In this document: piece by piece, positions 12,918-22,600 of the stretch
How the letters are laid out: the number at the start of each line of letters is the position of its first letter
How positions within the stretch are numbered: position 1 is the first letter of the stretch
Assembly: GCA_043228905.1 (NCBI GenBank)
Contig: JBHGNT010000011.1
Coordinates: 13,516,001-13,580,000 of the forward strand
DNA: 64,000 nucleotides
Direction: 5' to 3'
From: Azolla caroliniana
Taxonomy: Eukaryota > Plantae > Polypodiophyta
Translations under genes and position numbers: made by a program
The notes under the pieces: model-generated
Seen by the model: only the letters and a program-made list of their open reading frames with translations
Database searches by the model: none
Told to the model about the DNA's origin: nothing

Positions 12918-12921
12918 TATA

Positions 12922-13728
12922 TTGCATCGTTCGTGGAGAGAGCGTGCACCCAATTCATCTCTGACGCATCAAAAGCTACGGATTGGTCTTCTCTCGCATT
13001 CTTTGCCCTAGGATTAGTTGATTTTTGGGGAAACGGTTGACCCCTTGCCAAGATTTGAATTGTCTTTGTGGGGTTACATGCTAGGAGGTTGGTCTCGAAC
13101 TCGGTGGTTTCTGACCAGTCGTCCATGAGAGGGTTGCCTTCTTGTTCGTGCACTTTTTGTGTGTATGCTTTGATGCGGAAGGTTTTGTTGTTTTTACGCA
13201 TATAGATTGTATCATTCCCAAAATCCATCACAAAGAGGCTTACACGTAGGAATGGTCTCCCTAGTAAACACTCGTAAGCCACATGATTGGATGATCTTGT
13301 GATGACGAAGGTGAGATTGAACTTGACCTCGTGGATAGTGAAGTGGTGTGTAGGGATCATGCCTTTTGGCCGTTGGATAGACCCATTTGCCATTCGGAGT
13401 TTGATGTCCGAAGGAAACATTTTTGGGCTCCCCCACTTACACCAACATTCATAGCTAACTATACTTACCCCTGCTCCGGTGTCGATGATCGTGTCACACA
13501 TCGTGCCGTTGACGCAGACGGGGAGAGTGAAATTAGTATCGTCTCTCTCGAAGTGAGCTTCGCATATATTTACCAGTGTTCCTTCGGGTTTTTTGGGGAT
13601 TGTGGTCATATGAGGGATGTGGGTGTGTATCTTTTCTCCATAACCTACTGACAAGCCTCCATTGAGGCGGCGAAGGATGTCATGCCATGGTTGGATGTCC
13701 AGTTTGAGCAGCTCTTCAAGTGTAAACT
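12922..13728 (-). pseudogene. G1 canonical aspartic protease region
   Basis: LPVCVNGTMCDTIIDTGAGVSIVS...LRMANGS...YECLLGRPFL, upstream of RT on the same strand. Confidence 0.9.
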
Positions 13729-14246
13729 TGTTGAGCAACAAGCTCAACCGGATCCAGATCGGCTGAATAACCCTGAGCCGGATCGGCATTCGGAAGGATG
13801 AGCTAGATCAGTGAGACGGTGAGCAAGTGGGCCAGTGAGTTGGGGAGCCGGTTAGCCGGATCCAACAATAATCGGAAGCTTAGTGATAGCCTAGGCTACT
13901 AGGTAGTTAATGTCTCATAGTTAGTGTCAGATGCTCGTGTGAGCATTGAAGTACACCGTACTTCTGTCAGTCCGTATGGACTTGTATAAAAGTGTTCATT
14001 GAACACAAACAATGTACAGACTAAGTAATATTTTAGATTGAGTTTCTGTGTGCTCTCTCTCTCTCTGTCTCTCCCACATATTGTGTATACTCTAAGCTCT
14101 CCATTAAACCTGCGTTTTCGGTTTTCGGTTTTCTATTGCTTCTGCACAACGTATTCTTTTACATGGTATCAGAGCGCGAGGGTTGAGAACCTCTGCAACC
14201 AACATAGCTTGAAAGGAAAACAAACCAAGAAGAACAGGTAAAACCG

Positions 14247-17200
14247 ATGGACAAAGGAATGGCTAGCTCGCTCCTGGTGGAGAAGCTCGATAGATCCAAC
14301 TACACATCTTGGTCATACAAGATGCACCAGTACCTAGGTACTAGAGCTATGTCGACGGAACTAACGACACAACACCTGATGCGACACACAAGGACTTCCC
14401 AGTGTGGGAACAAGCGGCAAGCAGAGTGATGTACTTCTTCGCGTCCAGTGTCGGAGACCAGCTGCTAAGCCATATCCAAGATGCCAAGACGCCAAAAGAA
14501 GCTTGGGGAAACCTGAAGAAGGTTTTCGCCACAAGCACAACAGCCAAGAAGTTGCAGCTCAGGCAGGAGCTCAGCAATGGATAGAGGCATGGCAAGCTCA
14601 CTTCCAACAGAGAAGCTCGACAGAACCAACTACGCGTCTTGGTCCTACAAGATGCACCAGTACCTGCTCGGGCACGGCTACTGGAGTTATGTCGAAGGAG
14701 CTAATGACGCGGCACCCGAATCGACACACAGAGACTTCCCGTCGTGGGAGCAATCGGCGAGCAGGGTATTGTACTGCTTCGCGTCGTTGTGGGCGAACAA
14801 CTATTGAGCTATGTTCAGGATGCAAAGATGCCAAAGGGTGTGTGGGAAAATCTAAAGAAGATTTTCGCCGCGAGCACCACAGCCAGGAAGCTTCAACTCC
14901 GACAGGAGTTGAGCAACCTACGACAACACGACTTGTCGGTGGCGGACTATACCTCGAAGATCAAGGATATCTGCGACTCCCTCGCCTCCATAGAGGTGAA
15001 CATCGAGGAGAGCGAGATGGTCCAGATCTGTCTCGGAGGTTTGGCGTCGAAGTTTGGAGCGTTCCGAACGGCTGTGTGTACCTGGGAGAATACGTTGTCC
15101 TTCTTTGACTTACAGTCAATGCTCCTAGTAGAGGAGAACCACGCGGGTGCATCTACAAGCACGCACACCAATAGCAGAATGTTGTACACGGAGGGAGATA
15201 GGCCCCGTGGACGTGGAGGACGAGGCGAGTTGGCACGCAATGGAGGCGGCCGACGAGATTAGGGAAGAAGGCACCGAAGTGATGCCGACAGCAACTCCGG
15301 ACCCTTCGGAAACAGGGGGAGTCGAAGCGATGAGAACCGGCAAGGGAAGTCCATCGCGGAGTGTTGGTACTGTGGCAAGAAAGGCCACAGGGAAAGTGAG
15401 TGCTGGAAGAAGCGCGCCGATTCGGAGAGAACTGGTTCCGGGAACGGCTCCAAACATACCGACAAGGGAAATCGGCAGCGATCGCACTACACCGAAGACT
15501 CCGGGAGAGCCGGAGAAGGGACTGCCTTCGTGAGGAGACACGAAGCAAACTCAATGAAACAGACCACCCCGAGATCGGACGAGGTGTTGTACGTAGACTC
15601 CGGCGCGTCAAACCACATAACGAGCCATAAGGAGTGGTTCTCGTACCTTGAAAAACCGATACAACTTGGAGTAGTCACAACTGGAGACGACACTCCGCAT
15701 CCAATCGCGAATGTCGGAGAAGTTCCCCTTAGCCATGTCGGGAAGAAAGGGAAACTCATGAACATGCTGCACGTCCCGACAATCACGAAAAACTTGGTCT
15801 CGATCGGACAGATCGTGGACTAAGGGATGGAGGTTCGGTTTACACACATCGGGTGCTTCATTCAGGAAGAAGGCCGAGTGATTGCGCAAGGGCGCAGAGA
15901 CGGGAGGATGTTCATCCTCGACTCCACTGACGGCGGCACCGCAATGTTCGCGAAGGGACAAAAGACCGAGTCAGACATCGACTTGTGGCACAAGCGGATA
16001 GGCCACATCAACCACCAACGGCTTCAAGATCTGCAATCGAAACAAGTAGTATTCGGATTGCCCAAATTTAGTGGCCGAAAGGCACAAATTTGTGAAGCCT
16101 GCCAGCTCGGGAAGCAACACCGACTTCCTTTCCCAAACGAGCAAAACCGGAGCCGGAATAAGCTCGACCTTATACACTCCGATGTATGGGGGCTGACACA
16201 AAACGTTAGTCTTGGCGGGAGCTAATATTTCGTCTCCTTCATCGACGACCACACGCGGCACACGTGGATCTACCTCATTGAGAGGAAGAGCGAAGTCTTC
16301 GACTGCTTTCGGGACCTCAAAGGGTTCGTGGAAACGGAAACGGGACGAAAGATCAAGTGCCTGCGGTCGGATGGCGGGAAAGAGTACTTCTCCGGTCAAT
16401 TCAACGATTATCTACAACAAATGGGAATTCGGCGCGAATTCAGTTGTAGATACACGCCGGAGCAGAACGGCGTGGCCAAGAGAAAGAACCGGTCAATTGT
16501 GGAAGCAACACGGGCAATGCTGGAGGAGAAGAGCTTGCCCAAGTTCTACTGGGCCGAGGCGGTAAGAACCGCGGTATACATCCAAAACCAGATCGGAGAC
16601 AAAGTGTTGGCGCACGAGCTATATTTTGGAACGAAGCCGAACTTGCGACACTTGAGGGTGTTCGGTAGCATTGCATATGTGCATGTACCGAAGGAGAAAA
16701 GGAGGAAGTTGGACGCAAAGGCCGAGAAATGCATCTTGGTCAGTTACTCGAACGAGCAGAAGGGTTATAAGTGCTATAACCCTCGCACCAAACAAGCGCG
16801 TGTCAGCCGCGATGTTGTGTTTGACGAGTCCGTTCTTGGTACCAGCCCCCGACTCCAATCCGAGCTCTGACGATGAGGTCAGAGAGGCCGAGATGGCTCC
16901 GGATGAGCCCGAAATCGAGACCCGCGACGAGAGCCCGATTTCACTCTGGTTAAGTGGACCGATTGGACGACTGAGTCGGTACAACCAGTCCGATGAAGAG
17001 CCGGCGAGTAGTGGAGACTCGGTCGTGCATTCCCCACGCAGGAAGCCGAGGAGACGGCTTACGCGCAAAGAGAAAGGGAAGAAGAAGGTGTCGGATTCCG
17101 GCACGGATAGGAACGAGTCAAACCGACACGAGTCGACTCCGAGGGAACCGGTGACGGGTCTTTAAAGGTGAAGACCGCGTTGACCGAGAAGGCCTCGACA

Positions 17201-19394
17201 TCGGCTAATGTGAGATTACGCCGATCTACCCGCCAGAAGAACCCTGTTTTGCGGTTCGGATACAACGAGTACATGGCACATCATTATGCGTACATGACCC
17301 GTGTAGCGGAAGTCCGTGAGCCGGAGAGCTACGTAGAAGCGGCTAAAGACGCGAATTGGCGTGTCGCGATGGAGGAAGAGATGCACGCATTGGTGGAGAA
17401 CGAGACCTGGGACCTGGTTGACACACCAACAGGGGTAAAACCGATCGGGTGTAGGTGGGTGTATAAGGTCAAGTACAACACCGATGGCTCCTTTAACCGG
17501 TACAAGGCTCGGCTAGTGGCAAAGGGCTACGCGGAGAAACACGGTATCGACTACGATGAGACGTTTGCCGGTCGCGAAAATGACGACCGTCCGTGTTTTG
17601 CTCGCAATTGCTGTGGCAAAGGGGTGGCACTTACATTAGATGGATGTAAAGAATGCGTTCCTGCAAGGTGACCTTGAGGAACAGGTGTACATGGTACAGC
17701 CCCCCGGATTTCACTCCGGAACGAACTCCTCGGCAGTATGCCGACTGAAGAAGTCCCTTTACGGACTCAAACAAGCCCCGTGTGCCTGGAACGCGAAGAT
17801 CACGCAACAACTGCGTCGGATGGGCTTCATCACGACAAAATCAGACTCTTCCTTGTTCATCCGGAAAGGTCGACTCGGACCGGTTAGTATTTTACTATAT
17901 GTTGATGACTTGGTCATCACCGGCGCGGACCTAGGTGAAATCGACCGCGTGAAGCTCCAGCTTGCGGCATCGTTCGACATGAAGGATCTGGGGGACCTTC
18001 ATTACTTCCTCGGGATCGAAGTGATCCATACCCCCGAAGGCATATTGATCAGCCAACGACATTACGTGCTGGGTATGCTCTTCAAACTCGGGATGGCCGA
18101 CTGTAAGTCCGTCTCGACTCCTCTGGACAGAACCATCAAGCTTCGTCCCGATACGGGAAAGGTATGCGACCCGACGAGGTTCCGCCAAATTGTCGGAAGC
18201 CTCATATACTAGACCATCACCCGACCCGACCTCAGTTATCCGGTTGGGGTGATCAGTCAGTTCATGGCGCGACCTACCGAGGAGCACCTTCAGTGTGTGC
18301 AACGCATACTTCGGTATGTCAACAACACTAAGGACCGGGGACTGCTATATCGGACTGGTGCAGCCGCGCAGTTAGTCGGCTACACCGATGTTGATTGGGC
18401 TGGCAACGCCGCCGATCGCCAATCCACGTCTTGATACGCGTTCTCCCTCAGGAGTGCCGCGATCGCGTGGAGCAGTAAGAAGCAGCCGACAGTTGCACTG
18501 TCGAGCACCGAAGCTGAGTACCGAGGAGCGGTTGTCGCGACATGCGAAGCCATATGTTTGAAGCGGCTACTTAAGGACCTGCAAGAGGAGGTGTCAGATC
18601 CGACGACGATCTACTGTGACAACCTCAACAGCATCCAGCTCGCGAAAAACCCCGTTTTCCACGCACGGACCAAGCACATTGAGGTGCACTACCATTTCGT
18701 CTGTGAGCGTGTCCTTTCCGGTGAAGTCGACCTTCAGTACGTGCCGACAGATCGGCAGATTGACGACATCTTCACCAAGCCTCTTGGTCTGGACAAGTTG
18801 CGGCAATTCTCCGGTGCGCTCGGATTGCGTCACCTCGACGTGCCAAACTTGAGGGGGAGAACAGTCCCGAACGACCAAGCAAGGCAGCAGGAAAGGAGCG
18901 GAGACCGCGACACCACCGAGTCGGTTGACTCGTTTGTCGAGTTCGACTACTTTGGATTGGCTGAAGAAGCCGAGGGCGGACCCGCGGAAAAGTTCGGAAG
19001 AGGACAAAAGGGGAGCAGCCGAAGGAGAGAGCCGAAGCCAACCATGCATGGGGGAGATGACGCCATCGAGGGCGAGAAGACCGAAGACGAGTTGGAGACA
19101 GCCAACTCGGATGAGAGCGAAAACCGATCGGAGGTAGCCGAGTCGGTTCGGATGTTTGATTTAGATACGCTGAATCAACCGAGGCCCAAGCGGAAGAAAA
19201 GGCAGCAGGAAAAGCGTCAACACCACAACAATAGAAGAGCTGATAAGGGCCACATGAGCAAACAAGCCGACCGGAAGGGTCGAAGCGTGCGGAGTCGAAT
19301 AGGTCGAGGAGCGCAAGCGAGGCGAGAAGCCAGGAGGAACCGGTGCTGTGAAGATCCCGAAGAGCCTCAAGTTGAGCTTGAGGGGGAGTGTTGA
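14247..19394 (+). pseudogene. Copia A gag-pol (gag start duplicated; CCHC, PR, INT, RT, RH, charged C-terminal extension), with stops and frameshifts
   Basis: KLDRTNYASWSYKM; CWYCGKKGH; YVDSGASNH; WHKRIGH..CEACQLGK; LRSDGGKEY; MDVKNAFLQG; LLYVDDLVI; HARTKHIEVHYHF. Confidence 0.93.
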
Positions 19395-19619
19395 GAGACA
19401 AGCTCAACATCGGCCAGATCGGCTGAAGAAGCCGAGGACCGGATCGGTTGGGACCGATCGGTTAGGCCGAGTGCGTAAACCGGGAGGTCGTTAGGAAAGA
19501 TATTCCGTGAGGAATATATTTGGGAGTTAGTGTAGGAGCTCTTGATGAGCATTGAAGTATTGTCAGTACTTCGGTCAGTCCTTCTGGGACTTGTATAAAA
19601 GTGTTCACTGAGCACGTCT

Positions 19620-22600
19620 TGTTGGGATTTCGGTCCCTCCGGATGGGATGTCCGGAGATGAATGACGGAAAGTCCGGAGGCTGTTACGGAACCGGAGGAT
19701 GAAGAGTACCCGGCATGAAGCCGGATGAAGACCCCGGCTACGGAGCCGGATGACGAAGAGAAGACCCGGCTACGGAGCCGGATGATGAATGTACCCGGAG
19801 AGAGATCCGGATGCGGGGACATAGTTGTGAATATGTTTGCCAAGGGCCCTTGTGGCTACATTTGTAAATAGCCCGAAAAGTCATATGTGTATAAATATGA
19901 CTTAGGGCAAACAGTTCAGTCGTTGTTGCTTATTTTTCTGTTTTCACTTAGAGAGAGTGAAGTGAGCAGCCGGAGAGAGAGAGAGAGAGAGACGAAGAGG
20001 TCGTTGCCTCTGTGTATTGCCGCCGCCTGTGGCGAAGATAGTGAGCTCAAGGTTGTTGCCTTGAAGCTTCACCATTGTACATCCCTGTTCATAGTGATAG
20101 TTGGAGTTTGAGGACTCCCGTGGTTTTTCCCATTTAGGGTTTTCCACGTAAAATATCCTGTGTACTCTTCTCTCTATAGTCTTCGTGTACTTTGTATTTC
20201 CTATTTTCTGTGAGTTGATCCTATTCCGTGGTTGTGGCCGAGCACCGTTTGCAACAAAGTGGTATCAGAGCGACGGTAACACAGAAAATGGAAGGCGGCA
20301 GCAGCGGGCAGCCGGGGATGATGGTGCTGAATGCGCAGAACTACGCCGACTGGAAGATAAAGATGGAGGATCTGCTCATTGTTCGGGACCTGTATGAACC
20401 GATTGACAGGTCGGAAATACCGAAAGGGGTACTTGAGTCGGAGTGGAAGCTCCTGAACCGGAAAGCCGTAGCGACGATCCGACAATATGTCGATGTAAGC
20501 GTCCTACAACATGTGGCGAACGACACCAACGCATATGAGATGTGGAAGAAGCTGTCGGGCCTCTACGAGAGGAAGAATGCGTTGAACCGGACCTCCCTGA
20601 TGAGGAAGATAGTGAACCTCAAGTACCGGGACGGCGAGAGTATGGTCGAACACGTAAGCACGTTCATGGGATTCGTGAATCAGCTTGCGGCGATCAAGTT
20701 CCCGTTGGAGGATGCAATGCAAGCCATCATCCTGATGTGTACATTGCCGGACAGCTGGGAGAACTTGGTGGTGACTCTCAGCACTTCCTGTACAGAAGAT
20801 AACTTGTCCCTACAAACGGTAAAGACAAGTATTTTGAACGAAGAAGCGCGTCGGAGAGACAAAGAACCGGCCTCCGACTCGAAGGCGCTGCTTACCGAAT
20901 CGGAACGGGGAAGACAATGGAACCGGAGTCCGCAAAGACGGGAGAAGTCGGGGACCCGGTCGCAGTCAAGAGGAAGACCCACATGTTTCCACTGTGGGAA
21001 GCCGGGGCACTTCCGGAAGAATTGCCGGCATTACCAAAAAGACAACGGAGGCGACGACACCGATTCGAAGAAGTCACCGGAGAGAAACGGTGCATACCGG
21101 GGAGCTACGGACCGGAGAGGTCCGGATCGGCGAGGGCAGGACCGGAAAGGAACGACGGCACTCGCGGCAAGTGAAGAGGAGATAATGCTCATTACCGAAG
21201 AGAGGGAGCTGAACCTTGCCGGTGAAGAGATGACCTGGGTGGTCGATTCCGGAGCGTCGTTCCACCTGACCCCGGAGAAGAAATACTTCTCATCCTACAC
21301 AGCCGGTGAGCATGGCTGTGTCCGGATGGGAAATGAAGGTACATGCCGGATTGCCGGCATAGGAGACGTGTGGCTGATGACATCAACCGGATGCAAGATG
21401 CTGCTGAAGGATGTCCGACACGTTCCGGAGGTTCGACTGAACCTGATTTCGGCCGGGAGGCTAGACGATGAAGGCTACACGGGTAGCATCCGGAACGGTG
21501 TCATGAAGTTCAGCAAGGGGAGCCTGATAGTGGCTCGGGCCCGGAAGGTCAACACACTGTACCTGATGAATTCCCGGCTATGTCCGGGAGAGCTGAATGT
21601 GGCAGCCGACACTGCCGGTGAGCTGTGGCACAAAAGACTGTGCCACATGAGTGAGAAGGGGATGAAGAGGCTTGCAGAAGACAACCTCATTCCAGTGAAG
21701 CATGTGCACCTGGAGAAGTGCACTGATTGCCTGGCCGGTAAGCAGAACCGAACCTCCTTCCACTCAAGGCCACCGACGAGACGTAGCGCACCATTGGAGT
21801 TGGTGCACACTGATGTGTGTCAAGTAGAAACGAAGTCACATGGCGGAGCCCAGTACTTCGTGACATTCATTGATGACCACAGCCGGAAGCTGTGGACGGC
21901 GCCGTTGAAGACAAAGGACCAAGTGTTGTCCGTCTTCAAAGAACTCCACGCGAGAGTGGAAAGAGAATCCGGCAAGAAGCTGAAAGCGATACGAGCGGAT
22001 AACGGAGGGGAATACCGGGGGCAGTTCGAGGAGTACTGTCGCTCGAAGGGAATCCGGCTCGAGTTCACTGTGCCGAAGACGCCGGAACTGAACGGGCTGG
22101 CCGAGAGGATGAACCGGACCATAATGGAGAGGGTCCGGAGTATGCCGGCGCATGCGAAATTACCCAAGGGGTTTTGGGCTGAGGCGATGTCGACGGCGAC
22201 ATATGTGATAAATAGATCACCCTCAGTACCTTTGGACGGAGACACGCCGCAGAAAGTGTGGACCGGTAAGGAAGTGTCCTACCGGCATCTGAAGGTGTTC
22301 GGGTGTCTCGCATACGTGCATGTGGCGAAGGACCGGAGAGGAAAGCTAGATCCGAAGACCCGGCCATGCATATTCCTCGGTTACGGCGACGACGAGTTCG
22401 GCTACCGAGTATGGGACCCGGTCGACAAGAAGATATTTAGGAGTCGAGACATCATCTTCATGGAGGACAAGACACTCGCCGACTGGGAGTCGGAGAAGAA
22501 GGTGAAGAGCTCCAAGTCGACCGGTGAGGATCAACTCTACAAGGAGCAGTCCCGACCGGCAAGGGACCGGTTAACACTCGAGGATCCGGCCGAAGACGAT

